From the NCBI GenBank assembly GCA_024233345.1, contig JACKPT010000005.1, positions 105,072 to 169,071 on the forward strand: 64,000 nt of DNA, read 5' to 3'. Shown here in pieces: positions 53,544 to 62,739 of the stretch. The notes below the pieces were generated by a model that did no database searches, was not told the origin of the DNA, and saw only the letters and a list, made by a program, of their open reading frames with translations. A program made the translations under genes and the position numbers. This stretch comes from Verrucomicrobiota bacterium (GTDB lineage: Bacteria > Verrucomicrobiota > Kiritimatiellia > CAIVKH01). How positions within the stretch are numbered: the stretch's first letter is position 1; each line of letters opens with the position of its first letter.

Positions 53544-53575
53544 TCGCTACCGCCAGGCCACGGGGGGCTTTCGGA

Positions 53576-53797
53576 TCAGTGCCGCATCCAGCGCTTGGCG
53601 GTACCGCAGATCACGGTTAACCCAACCCCGACAACCATCAGCACCAGGACAAGATTTCGCTTCTCTTCGACTTCAACCCCGATGGAGTCCCTCTGAATGA
53701 GATAAATGATGACCCCGCCCACCAGGCAAATGGAGAAAGCGAGCCACCAAAGAAAATTTCCCAACATGGGATTCTTGTTCGGGTTGACTTTTGGCAT
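53576..53797 (-). CDS. Small two-TM membrane protein (hypothetical), possible terminal gene of the Bat operon
   Basis: 73 aa with two hydrophobic helices. Same strand as batE and 19 bp downstream of it. Confidence 0.4.
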   Translation of the reverse strand: MPKVNPNKNPMLGNFLWWLAFSICLVGGVIIYLIQRDSIGVEVEEKRNLVLVLMVVGVGLTVICGTAKRWMRH

Positions 53798-53815
53798 GCG
53801 GTAAAGTCTATCGCA

Positions 53816-54580
53816 TCAGTGCGGATTTGTCCAAGGTGCAACCATCGGTACCGCCGATTGCCTGACCCAGCCGGAGTCCGCGCCGGATCTGACCCGTACC
53901 CACTCGCCCGCCCGGTCTTCCACCACCACCGTGGAGCCCTCGGGCAGGGCAAAGGCGAGGGTGGCATCATCCATGGGGGCAAACCGGGTGCGCAGATTCT
54001 TCTCCACCACCACCGCCTCGGGGTGATGGTGCCATTGCCACCAGGCGGCTTGTCCGCCCAAAGACAGGACAAGCCCCAGACCCGCGACGACCGCCCCCCG
54101 GAACAGCACGGTCCGAGCGGGGGTGTAGAGGAGACCTCCGACCCAGAGGAGGGCTGCCAGCCAGTAGCTGCCGGTGGTCAGGGCTTGCCAATGCCGCTGG
54201 CTCACCATCATGCCAAGATCGATCCACCATGAATAATCCACCACCGCCGCTCCGGTTGATCGGCGGGCAAAGCGCAGGTTGGCCTCGACATCAGGATCCC
54301 GGGGTAGCGCCAACTCGGCGCGACGATAGGAGAGGATGGCCTCACCGGTCCGGCCTTGTTTGATCTGGCAATTACCGAGGTTGAACCAGACTTCGCCCTG
54401 ACGGTAGCCGGCATCCAGAAGTTCCAGAAACTTGGCCTCGGCGGCGGGATAGTTGGTCTGGTTGTAGAGAGCAGAGCCTTCCAGAAACAGGCTGTCCGGC
54501 GATGGCGGGGTTTCCCCGGCCCGGAGCCATGTCCCCCCGGTCAGGATCAGAGCGACCAAACTGAACCACAGAACGCGCAT
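53816..54580 (-). CDS. batE: BatE-like TPR-repeat protein with C-terminal SH3b domain
   Basis: Signal peptide, TPR helices, C-terminal GEWVRVRSGADSGWVRQSAV. Confidence 0.65.
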   Translation of the reverse strand: MRVLWFSLVALILTGGTWLRAGETPPSPDSLFLEGSALYNQTNYPAAEAKFLELLDAGYRQGEVWFNLGNCQIKQGRTGEAILSYRRAELALPRDPDVEANLRFARRSTGAAVVDYSWWIDLGMMVSQRHWQALTTGSYWLAALLWVGGLLYTPARTVLFRGAVVAGLGLVLSLGGQAAWWQWHHHPEAVVVEKNLRTRFAPMDDATLAFALPEGSTVVVEDRAGEWVRVRSGADSGWVRQSAVPMVAPWTNPH

Positions 54581-56406
54581 CAGGGAACCTCCACCCGGAC
54601 TTTTTCACACGCTCGCAATAGATCTGCGACATCGCGGGTATGCTGCTCGCGGTCAGCTCGCTGGTTGGGAGCGGCTCCGCCAAACCGGAGCTGTTCGTCG
54701 ATCCGGAGAATTTCATCCAGCGATTGCACCAGAGGCACCGGGAGTGCGGCCGTGTCGACAATTTTCCGGATCAGCGCTGGTGAGATTTCACCCTGGTCGC
54801 GATTGAGACGGTTGGCAAAATACAGGACCAGGGCTTTCCAGAGGCTGGCATAAAATTCCGCCGGTTCATCCAGTTGCTGTTCGGCCGTCGCCAGGGATGC
54901 CCGGGCCGCCCGGGGGGCATGCAATCGACGGGCCTTGATGGGGTCCCGGGCCAGCGAATCCGTTCGCCTCCGCCACAGGAAGGCACCCACGACCGCGAGT
55001 GCAGGCAAAACCTTCAGCCATTGGCCAGGCCCTGTCCCCCCGGAGTCGGTTGCGATCACCCACGCCCGGGGAGCATTTTTCAGGTAGACAATATCCAGCC
55101 CCAACGCTTTGCGCACCGCCGGGGAGACCGGCTCATTCGGCTGTACCATCGCCTTATCCGCGAGGTCGGAGGGGTGGACGGTCAAGGGAAAGGGACCGCG
55201 GGTAATCGTCTGGAAGCGCCCCTGATTCGGGTCAAAGAAACTGAACGAGAGCGGAGGAATCGTGGTGATGTCCTCGGATCGGGGAATCAAAACCTGCTCG
55301 TAGGTTTTCACCCCGCCGGACTGTCCGGCTCGTGAGGTCTGCTCGATCAGCTTGGGATCGTACACCCGGAACCGGTCATCGACTTGAATGCCCGGCATGG
55401 CGATGGTGTCGAGGTTGCCCTGCCCGGAGACGCGCGCGGTCAAGGTGATCGGTTCGCCTGCTTTCACATCGGTGCGGGAGAGTTGAACCGAGAAATCAAA
55501 CTGCCCAACCGCGCCGGAAAAATGCGAAGGCCGGCCATCGTCGGGGATGGGCTTGACTTCAAGGGTCCAGGGCTCGATCGATACCGACACCGCTCGGGTA
55601 TCCCGCTGCCGGAAAAACATGTCGAACCCGAAGGGATCCCGCTGGGGCTGGCTGTTCTCGACAATCAGGTTCACACGCAGATTGGGGTTCAGGGTAAAGA
55701 CCCCGGCCGACAAAGCCTTGCCCTGGGCCCGGAAATGGCGGACTTCATACAAATCCGACCCCACCGCTTCCCGGGTGGGCCGCAATTCTTCAAACGGACT
55801 GATGTCCAGACCGCTTCCGGGCAGATCCGCGAGGGAGATGGAGCGGTCAAGATTGACCCCCCGGTAATAAAGGTCGATGAACAGGTTGAAGTACTGGTAG
55901 GCATAGACACGGTTTTGATCGCTGCGCATCCTGGCAAACAGCAGATCCGTGAGTTGTTGTGAATTACCACCGCCGGATTGCGGTTGTCCGTTGGCCGGGA
56001 CCACTTCGACCTCAACCGGTTGCAGGGTATAGGAAGCGCCCCCGATGGTCAGGGTAAAGGGGCCGATTCGGAATTTTCCGGTACCCGTTGGAACCATCCG
56101 GTAGCGAAAATTAACCGACGATTCGGTTCGTCCATTGACCACCGACATCTGTTGTTCCCGTCCGACATACTGAACCTGGAACCCCGGCACATTGGCCAAT
56201 TCCGGTACCGGGGGATTGTTCATCCCGGCGAAGCTCAGGGTCAGGGTGGCCGCCTCGGTGAGCCGGAGCACCCGGGGCTGTATGTCGAGCGTAACCTGCT
56301 GGGCCTGGGCCCAGCCCGCCCATCCCAGTAGCGCCGCAAAACTGACTTGTTTGATCCATCCTCTCATCGGTGCTCTGGTTGTACGCTGTTTACCAATCCT
56401 TTTCAA
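54580..56406 (-). CDS. batD: BatD-like oxygen-tolerance protein
   Basis: 608 aa with N-terminal signal, C-terminal TM helix and cytoplasmic tail. Position and size fit BatD. Confidence 0.65.
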   Translation of the reverse strand: MKRIGKQRTTRAPMRGWIKQVSFAALLGWAGWAQAQQVTLDIQPRVLRLTEAATLTLSFAGMNNPPVPELANVPGFQVQYVGREQQMSVVNGRTESSVNFRYRMVPTGTGKFRIGPFTLTIGGASYTLQPVEVEVVPANGQPQSGGGNSQQLTDLLFARMRSDQNRVYAYQYFNLFIDLYYRGVNLDRSISLADLPGSGLDISPFEELRPTREAVGSDLYEVRHFRAQGKALSAGVFTLNPNLRVNLIVENSQPQRDPFGFDMFFRQRDTRAVSVSIEPWTLEVKPIPDDGRPSHFSGAVGQFDFSVQLSRTDVKAGEPITLTARVSGQGNLDTIAMPGIQVDDRFRVYDPKLIEQTSRAGQSGGVKTYEQVLIPRSEDITTIPPLSFSFFDPNQGRFQTITRGPFPLTVHPSDLADKAMVQPNEPVSPAVRKALGLDIVYLKNAPRAWVIATDSGGTGPGQWLKVLPALAVVGAFLWRRRTDSLARDPIKARRLHAPRAARASLATAEQQLDEPAEFYASLWKALVLYFANRLNRDQGEISPALIRKIVDTAALPVPLVQSLDEILRIDEQLRFGGAAPNQRADREQHTRDVADLLRACEKVRVEVP

Positions 56407-56941
56407 CTGGTGCAGTCTGACGGCTTTGACGTTGAATCTGTTGTTGCATCAGAGCCTCCCGCTCTGCCTGTTCCCGCTGTTTGAGGGCATCGAGCAACAT
56501 ATTGGCTTCGTCTTCAGTCATTTCCCCGGCTTCCGCTGGTTGCTGTTGCTCCTCCTCACCGGCGGGCTGGGTCTGCTCTTCCTGCGGCGAGGGCTGCTCC
56601 TGCTGCTGTTCTTCCTCTGAAGGCTGGTTCTGATCAGCCTGCTCGCCGGATGAGTCCGACGATTGGTTTTGATCGGAATTCTCTTGATTTTGTTCAGAAG
56701 ATTGCTGGTCCTGCTGCTGCTGCTGCTGTTGTTGTTGCTGCTGTTGCTCCAGCAATTGCTTCAACCCGAGCAACCACGGATCTTCGGGATAGTTGGCCAG
56801 GCCCTGATTGACAATTTCCTTGGCCGGCTCGATATCGTTGGTGACAAAGGTCTGGGCTCCAAGGTGAAAGTACATGTCGGCATCCTGTGCGGACACCATG
56901 CCCGCCCACCCGATGAGTCCGATGAGAATCGCGGTTTTCAT
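56390..56941 (-). CDS. Secreted TPR-like protein with an extreme Q/E-rich low-complexity C-terminal half
   Basis: Signal peptide MKTAILIGLIGWAGMVSAQ, then a poly-Q run of about 13 followed by E/Q/S-rich sequence. Lies between batC and batD. Confidence 0.55.
   Translation of the reverse strand: MKTAILIGLIGWAGMVSAQDADMYFHLGAQTFVTNDIEPAKEIVNQGLANYPEDPWLLGLKQLLEQQQQQQQQQQQQDQQSSEQNQENSDQNQSSDSSGEQADQNQPSEEEQQQEQPSPQEEQTQPAGEEEQQQPAEAGEMTEDEANMLLDALKQREQAEREALMQQQIQRQSRQTAPVEKDW
56711..56746. repeat. Trinucleotide (CTG/TTG)12 microsatellite encoding the poly-Q tract
   Basis: ctgctgctgctgctgctgttgttgttgctgctgttg on the plus strand. Confidence 0.8.
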
Positions 56942-57654
56942 GGCGAGCCCTCCGGCGCGGCTGCTGGTTGCTGGAGCTGTTCAATCAACTGCACCAATTG
57001 CCCGGTGCGCTCTTGCCGCTGTTCCAATGCCTGTTTCAACTCGGGCTCCAGATCGACCGCCATGTCGATGTCTTCAGTGGGTTGGGAAAGCAGCGCCAGC
57101 GCCTGTGCGTATTGCCGTTGCTGAATCAACGCATCCGAATTGGCAATCTGATCCCTTACGCCAAGGACATAGCCGCGCAATTTTTGCCGCTCCACCAAGG
57201 TCAGTTCGAAATTGATTTTCGCATCGAGGTCGTCCGACCGAAGTTTCAACGATTGCCGAAAGGCCTCCATCGCCGCGGCAAACAAATCGTCGGCCGCCTT
57301 GGCCTGTTTTTCCTTCAGGACCAGCTTGCCCCGGGCAAGGCGGGCACAACCGAGATTGAACCAGGCATCCGCCTGCACCGCCAGGTCCGCAGTCTGTACC
57401 GCCCGGGCAAAGGCGGTCTCCGCCTCCTCGAGTTGACCGCTCCGGAACAGCGCGGAACCGCGGTTGGCATCCAGCTTGGCAGTATCCAGCCCCGCCTGAA
57501 CCGCCAGGAATCTGGCTGCCTCGAACTGCTTCAGGGCTGCGGCAAAATCCTCCCGGGCATAGGCCTTCTGTCCGGCCTTCCATTCGCCCCGCAGATCGGC
57601 CTGCGCCGCGGCCCCCATGCCGAGGACCAACCCGAGTATCAACCATCGATTCAT
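56938..57654 (-). CDS. batC: BatC-like TPR-repeat protein
   Basis: Signal peptide and TPR repeats. Overlaps neighbours by 4 nt. Confidence 0.65.
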   Translation of the reverse strand: MNRWLILGLVLGMGAAAQADLRGEWKAGQKAYAREDFAAALKQFEAARFLAVQAGLDTAKLDANRGSALFRSGQLEEAETAFARAVQTADLAVQADAWFNLGCARLARGKLVLKEKQAKAADDLFAAAMEAFRQSLKLRSDDLDAKINFELTLVERQKLRGYVLGVRDQIANSDALIQQRQYAQALALLSQPTEDIDMAVDLEPELKQALEQRQERTGQLVQLIEQLQQPAAAPEGSP

Positions 57655-58667
57655 GGCTTCTCCTCCCGATGTTCCCTCAGTCCCGCCTCCGCAAGCAGAA
57701 GCAACAGAGCCGCACCAAGAAACCAGCCGGCCTTGTCTTGAAATCGCTTGGCCATCTTGGATTCGGAAGTATCCCGCTGAAGACGGGCAAGCTCCCGGTC
57801 GAGCAACCGGTCAAGGCCGAAGTCGCCCGCAGTGGCCCGCAGATAACTGCCCCCGGTTTCAATCGCAAGCTGGGTCAGCAGGGTTTCATTCAGCGAGGTT
57901 TTAATGACTTGGCCATCCTTGTCGCGCAGGAAGCCGGAGGTTGTGCTTCCGGGATTATCCGGGGTGGGGATGAGTTCTCCTTCCACTGTACCAACTCCGA
58001 CCGTGTAGACCCGGATGCCCTTCTCCTTGAGCGCATCGATCAATGCAAGCGGATTGCCTTCATGATCGTCGCCATCGGTGATCAACACGATGACCCGGTC
58101 GGCTTGTCCTGTCTTTTCGCCGAAGCTCCGCATCGCGGTTCTCAGCGCATCCTCGATGGCGGTGCCGCCCCGGGGGATCAGCCCGCTATCGACATCCTGC
58201 AGGGTCATGACAAACGCGGGGTAATCCACGGTCAGGGGGCAGAGCATGTAGCTGGTGCCCGCGAAGGGAACCAGGCCAACCCGGTCGCCATCGAGCCGTT
58301 CCAGCATGTCTTCGATTGCCCACTTGGCCTGCTGCAACCGGTTGGGCTTTAGATCCGGCGCGAGCATGCTTCGGGAAGTGTCGAGAACGATCATCATATC
58401 AAGACCCCGGCGGGTTACTTCCTCCCAGGTGAAGCCCCACTGGGGGCGGGCCAGGGTGAGGGTCATGATCAGCAGACTGGCGCCCCAGAGAATCAAACGC
58501 TGTGTCCCGCGCTTTCGTTTCCATCCCGGGATCAGGGGCTTCCAGACCTCGGGCGCCAGCAACTGCTGCATCCGGGTCAAGCGCCGTTTGCGCAGAAGCA
58601 CCACCGCCGCAAGAACCAGCAGGATGACCCCGAGATACCAAAACCCATGCGGATTTCCCCAGTTCAT
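57651..58667 (-). CDS. batB: BatB-like von Willebrand factor A domain membrane protein
   Basis: MNWGNPHGFWYLGVILLVLAAVVLL TM N-terminus and MIDAS motif MMIVLDTSRSM. ATGA overlap with batA. Confidence 0.75.
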   Translation of the reverse strand: MNWGNPHGFWYLGVILLVLAAVVLLRKRRLTRMQQLLAPEVWKPLIPGWKRKRGTQRLILWGASLLIMTLTLARPQWGFTWEEVTRRGLDMMIVLDTSRSMLAPDLKPNRLQQAKWAIEDMLERLDGDRVGLVPFAGTSYMLCPLTVDYPAFVMTLQDVDSGLIPRGGTAIEDALRTAMRSFGEKTGQADRVIVLITDGDDHEGNPLALIDALKEKGIRVYTVGVGTVEGELIPTPDNPGSTTSGFLRDKDGQVIKTSLNETLLTQLAIETGGSYLRATAGDFGLDRLLDRELARLQRDTSESKMAKRFQDKAGWFLGAALLLLLAEAGLREHREEKP

Positions 58668-59659
58668 GGCAGCGACCCCCAGCGCATAACCGACAACAGT
58701 TTTTCCAGGGTCAGGGCCACCAGGGCGACCCCGACCCACAACGGGAACCGTTCCTCAAAGCGCATGAATTGCTCCACATCGATGTGAACCTTCTCCATCT
58801 TGTCGATCTGCTCATAGACTTGTTCCAGGCTGTTCATGTCGGTGGCGCGGAAGAAGAGCCCCCCGGTGGTCTCCGCGATCATGTGTAACGTGGCTTCATC
58901 AATTTCCGAGGGCTGGGTGACATACCGGGTACCCCCAAACGGACTGGGTACCGGGAACCGGACATTGCCTTCGGCACCCGCGCCCACCGTATAGACCTTG
59001 ACCCCCAGAGCCTTCGCGGCCTCGGCGGCATTTTCCGGCGAGAGCTGACCGCTGTTGTTCACCCCGTCGGTGAGGAGGATGACGATGCGGGATTTGGCAT
59101 CACTGGTGCGCAGACGGTTGATCGCCGACCCCAAAGCGGTACCGATCGCGGTTTTGTCGCCGAGGATTCCCGGTTCCAGTCGATCCAATTGCTGGATCAG
59201 CCAGCCGTGATCGAGGGTCATGGGGCTGAAGGTAAAGGGCAGTTCGGAGAAGGCGATCAGGGAGATCCGGTCGTCGGGGCGCTGCTGGATAAACTGGTCA
59301 ATGACCCGCTTGGCCGCATCCAGTCGATTGATTTCCCGGGTGGTGGTGGAAAAGTCGATGGCCTGCATCGAGGGTGAGACATCCACCAGCAGAACAATGT
59401 CGATGCCCTCGGTATGGACTTTACTTTCCTCGAGTCCCTTTTGGGGACGGGCCATCGCGATGATCAGGCTGGTCAGGCCGATGGCATAAAGCACCGGCAG
59501 CATCCAACGGGTTCGGACTGCGAGCCCGGGGGGGAGTCCCCGTGTGCGGTCAAACTGGTTGAAGCGGATGCGGGGGCGGGATTGGAGTCGATAGCGGAGC
59601 CAGACCGCGACCGGAACCAGCAGGATCAGCAACAGCAGCCATGGATAGCGGACCATCAT
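58664..59659 (-). CDS. batA: BatA-like von Willebrand factor A domain membrane protein
   Basis: TM N-terminus and MIDAS motif DIVLLVDVSPSM. Confidence 0.75.
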   Translation of the reverse strand: MMVRYPWLLLLILLVPVAVWLRYRLQSRPRIRFNQFDRTRGLPPGLAVRTRWMLPVLYAIGLTSLIIAMARPQKGLEESKVHTEGIDIVLLVDVSPSMQAIDFSTTTREINRLDAAKRVIDQFIQQRPDDRISLIAFSELPFTFSPMTLDHGWLIQQLDRLEPGILGDKTAIGTALGSAINRLRTSDAKSRIVILLTDGVNNSGQLSPENAAEAAKALGVKVYTVGAGAEGNVRFPVPSPFGGTRYVTQPSEIDEATLHMIAETTGGLFFRATDMNSLEQVYEQIDKMEKVHIDVEQFMRFEERFPLWVGVALVALTLEKLLSVMRWGSLP

Positions 59660-60627
59660 GCGGGTTCCACCTCCGGGGCGGGCTGGCCGGTTTCGCGCAG
59701 AAACTGCTCGGCGGCATCCAGTGCAGCCTGCATATCCGCAGTTGCGGGAGCATGCCGGGCAAATTTCACCAGGTCGGCTTGAATCAGAAAGTGCTCGATC
59801 AATTCGCGCTGGACCGGGAGCAGAACCGGCGATATCGCGGCGGCACGGATAAACTCCTCCGTGGTCAGTTCCGGGGCATGAATCATGAACCGGCCCTCGA
59901 TATAGGTACGCAGGATCAATGACAACTCGACATAAAACGGCTCGGGTTGCTCCGCTTCAATGTAGTTTTTCTCCCGCAGGTGGCGAAGGGCCAGTGACGC
60001 GATTTCATAGGGGGTTGCGATGGGGCCGCTTGCGGTGGGCGCTTGACGGCGGCGGGTCAACCAACGAGTCAGCCAGGCGACCAGGAGTGCGAGCAGGCCC
60101 GCTCCGGCCAACAGACTGAGCAGGCGGGCGTAGGGCGGGGCGGGCGCTTTGAAAATCGGTTTTAGATCGCGCACCGCCATCGCCTGATTGGTCAGTACCG
60201 ATTCCACCCGGATGGTATCCTCTGGTGCCGCCAGGGTCAGGGACCGGCCCTCCGCGGTACGGTACGGTACCGGTGTGCGAAGCATCCGGTGGGTTCCCGG
60301 AACAAACGAGGTCACGCGATAGGTGATGTCTGCGGTCAGGGTTCCATTGGTGGTGACCAGTTCGGGACCCACCCGGTCGAGCAAGGTGATGCCCGGTTGA
60401 TCGATCAGGGATGGGAACTCCGGCACTGAACCTTCGGGCAGGGTCAGGGTCAGATGCCAATCCACCGGGTCGCCGACGGTGATGGTCTCGGTACTCTGGG
60501 TGGTGGAAAGCGATTGGGCAAACAGCGGCATCGAAAAAGACAGGACAAGCAGGGCCGGCAAAACCGTCCTGCCTCGGGGCGATTGGCCGCGGTTCCATGC
60601 CTGGTTCATGCGCAGCCCACGGCTCAT
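59656..60627 (-). CDS. Membrane protein with a DUF4381-like C-terminal half (common in Bat/MoxR operons)
   Basis: Signal peptide, central TM helix, C-terminal ...TTEEFIRAA... block. Confidence 0.5.
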   Translation of the reverse strand: MSRGLRMNQAWNRGQSPRGRTVLPALLVLSFSMPLFAQSLSTTQSTETITVGDPVDWHLTLTLPEGSVPEFPSLIDQPGITLLDRVGPELVTTNGTLTADITYRVTSFVPGTHRMLRTPVPYRTAEGRSLTLAAPEDTIRVESVLTNQAMAVRDLKPIFKAPAPPYARLLSLLAGAGLLALLVAWLTRWLTRRRQAPTASGPIATPYEIASLALRHLREKNYIEAEQPEPFYVELSLILRTYIEGRFMIHAPELTTEEFIRAAAISPVLLPVQRELIEHFLIQADLVKFARHAPATADMQAALDAAEQFLRETGQPAPEVEPA

Positions 60628-61520
60628 CGACGGGCCTCCCGGCGGCGGAACAGGCGGATCAGTTCGTGGATGTAATCGCTGTCGGGATCGGTGGTAACCG
60701 ACAGGTGATCGATACCGGAGGCTTTGAGAAAGGTTGCGGTCTGTTCGCGCTGCTGTTGCTGGCGTTGCCGATAAGCATCCCGGGTTGCCCGGTCGCTGGT
60801 GTCGATCTCCATCCGGGCCCCGGTTTCCGGATCCTGAACCGCGATGACTCCCACCGCCTCCAGGGCATGCTCGCGCGGATCGGTCACCTGGATCGCCACC
60901 AGGTCATGGCGCTTGGCATAGGCCCGCAGGATCGGTTCGTATCCGGTGTCAAGGAAATCGCTGATGAGAAAAGTGATGGTGCGCCGGTGGTGAATCCGGT
61001 TCAGGTAGTGCAGGGCTTGCCCGATATCGGTGCCGCACCCTTCCGGCTGCTTGTACAGGACATCCCGGATCACCCGCAACACATGACCCGACCCTTTGCG
61101 GGGAGGGATGGCATGCTCGGGGTGGTCGGTGAACAGCAGCAGTCCCACCCGGTCATTGTTCTGGATGGCCGAGAACGCGAGCACCGCAGCGATCTCTGCG
61201 GCCAGATCGCGTTTGAGCATCCGGATCGATCCAAATTGTTGGGAGCCGCTGATGTCCACCGCGAGCATGACCGTCAATTCTCGCTCTTCCCGGTATTTTT
61301 TGATGAAGGGATGCCCCATACGCGCGGTCACATTCCAGTCGATCGACCGGATGTCATCGCCCGGCACATATTCCCGGACCTCCTCGAATTCCATCCCCTG
61401 GCCTTTGAACGCGCTGTGGTAGTGCCCGGCAAACGCATCGGAGACCATGCTCCGAGTGCGGATCTGGATGCGCCGAATCTTTTTGAGAAGATCCGATGGA
61501 ATCATGGCGGACTCCGTCAC
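60624..61520 (-). CDS. DUF58 (vWA-like) protein, MoxR partner
   Basis: MLAVDISGSQQF and VLLFTDHPE... Confidence 0.8.
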   Translation of the reverse strand: MTESAMIPSDLLKKIRRIQIRTRSMVSDAFAGHYHSAFKGQGMEFEEVREYVPGDDIRSIDWNVTARMGHPFIKKYREERELTVMLAVDISGSQQFGSIRMLKRDLAAEIAAVLAFSAIQNNDRVGLLLFTDHPEHAIPPRKGSGHVLRVIRDVLYKQPEGCGTDIGQALHYLNRIHHRRTITFLISDFLDTGYEPILRAYAKRHDLVAIQVTDPREHALEAVGVIAVQDPETGARMEIDTSDRATRDAYRQRQQQQREQTATFLKASGIDHLSVTTDPDSDYIHELIRLFRRREARR

Positions 61521-62527
61521 GGGACCGGGAGTTTGCTGAGGATTTGTTCGACCACGCCTTCGGAGGTCAGTTCTTCGGCTTCCGCCTCGTAGGTGATGAG
61601 GACCCGGTGACGCAGGACATCGGGGGCGATGGATTTGACATCCTGGGGGGTCACATAGCCGCGGCCCTGCAGGAAGGCGTGGGCCCGGGCCGCCATGGTC
61701 AGGCAGATCGTGGCCCGGGGCGATGCGCCGTAACGGATATATGGCGCGAGGTTCAGATCGTAATCGCCGGGGTTGCGGGTGGCGAAAATAATACTGAGGA
61801 TATATTCCTTGATCTTGTCATCCATGTAAATTTCGTCCACCAGCTCCCGCAATTGCAGGATCCGGTCCGGTTGAATGACCGGTTTGACATCCGCCGGGCC
61901 CTTGGACCGGGCCATACGCTCGACGATGGTGCGCTCTTCATCCAGCGAGGGGTAGGTGACATTCAATTTGAGCATGAACCGGTCAACCTGGGCCTCGGGC
62001 AGGGGATAGGTTCCCTCCTGCTCGATGGGGTTCTGGGTGGCCAGGACGAGAAAAGGCTCCGGCAGGTGGAAGGTTTCCTGGCCGATCGTCACCTGGTGTT
62101 CCTGCATGGCTTCAAGCAGCGCGCTTTGCACCTTTGCCGGCGCCCGGTTGATTTCATCGGCGAGAATGATGTTGGTAAAGACCGGTCCCTTGCGGATGGT
62201 AAATGCTCCATCCTTGGGGTTGTAAATCTGGGTGCCGACAATGTCGGCGGGCAGCAGGTCGGGGGTGAACTGGATGCGTTGAAACGAAACCGCGAGTGCC
62301 GATGCGAGGGTTCGGATTGACAAGGTTTTGGCCAGTCCGGGAACCCCTTCAAGCAGCAAGTGCCCATTGGTCAGCAGTCCGATCATCATCCGGTCCACCA
62401 ATGCCTGCTGGCCCACAATGACCTTGCCCATTTCACGCCGCAGATCCTCCACGAAGGAACTCTCCTCCCGAACCCGCTGGTTGATGACTTCAATGCCTGT
62501 ACTTGTCATAGTTGATGTCTCCTCCAA
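61517..62527 (-). CDS. moxR: MoxR-family AAA+ ATPase
   Basis: Walker A LLEGVPGLAKTL, ADEINRAPAKVQSALLEAMQE. Confidence 0.9.
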   Translation of the reverse strand: MEETSTMTSTGIEVINQRVREESSFVEDLRREMGKVIVGQQALVDRMMIGLLTNGHLLLEGVPGLAKTLSIRTLASALAVSFQRIQFTPDLLPADIVGTQIYNPKDGAFTIRKGPVFTNIILADEINRAPAKVQSALLEAMQEHQVTIGQETFHLPEPFLVLATQNPIEQEGTYPLPEAQVDRFMLKLNVTYPSLDEERTIVERMARSKGPADVKPVIQPDRILQLRELVDEIYMDDKIKEYILSIIFATRNPGDYDLNLAPYIRYGASPRATICLTMAARAHAFLQGRGYVTPQDVKSIAPDVLRHRVLITYEAEAEELTSEGVVEQILSKLPVP

Positions 62528-62559
62528 ATACCTGATTTAGACGAACCACCCCTTCCGGC

Positions 62560-62710
62560 GTTCAAATCCCTTGGCGGAAAAAACGCTGAAAGGCGTCCGC
62601 AGGATGGAAGGCCCTGCCGGAAAAAGTTCCAAGGCTTGGAAACTAGCACAAAAAAAGTTCCAAGGGTTGGAACTTTTTTGGACAGAAAATCCAACCCTTG
62701 GAACAAATCC
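62560..62710. promoter_or_regulatory. Array of 3-5 31-bp-phased dyad repeats (TTCCAA-N3-TTGGAA) upstream of moxR / the Bat operon
   Basis: Units centred at 62634 (TTCCAAGGCTTGGAA), 62665 (perfect 13-bp arms AAAAAAGTTCCAA GGG TTGGAACTTTTTT) and 62696 (ATCCAACCCTTGGAAC), plus degenerate units around 62572 and 62603. Shares 18-nt CCGGAAAAAGTTCCAAGG with the 20296-20313 unit. Confidence 0.6.
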
Positions 62711-62739
62711 GGGGGCGCCCGGCCGGGGTGGCCGGCGAC

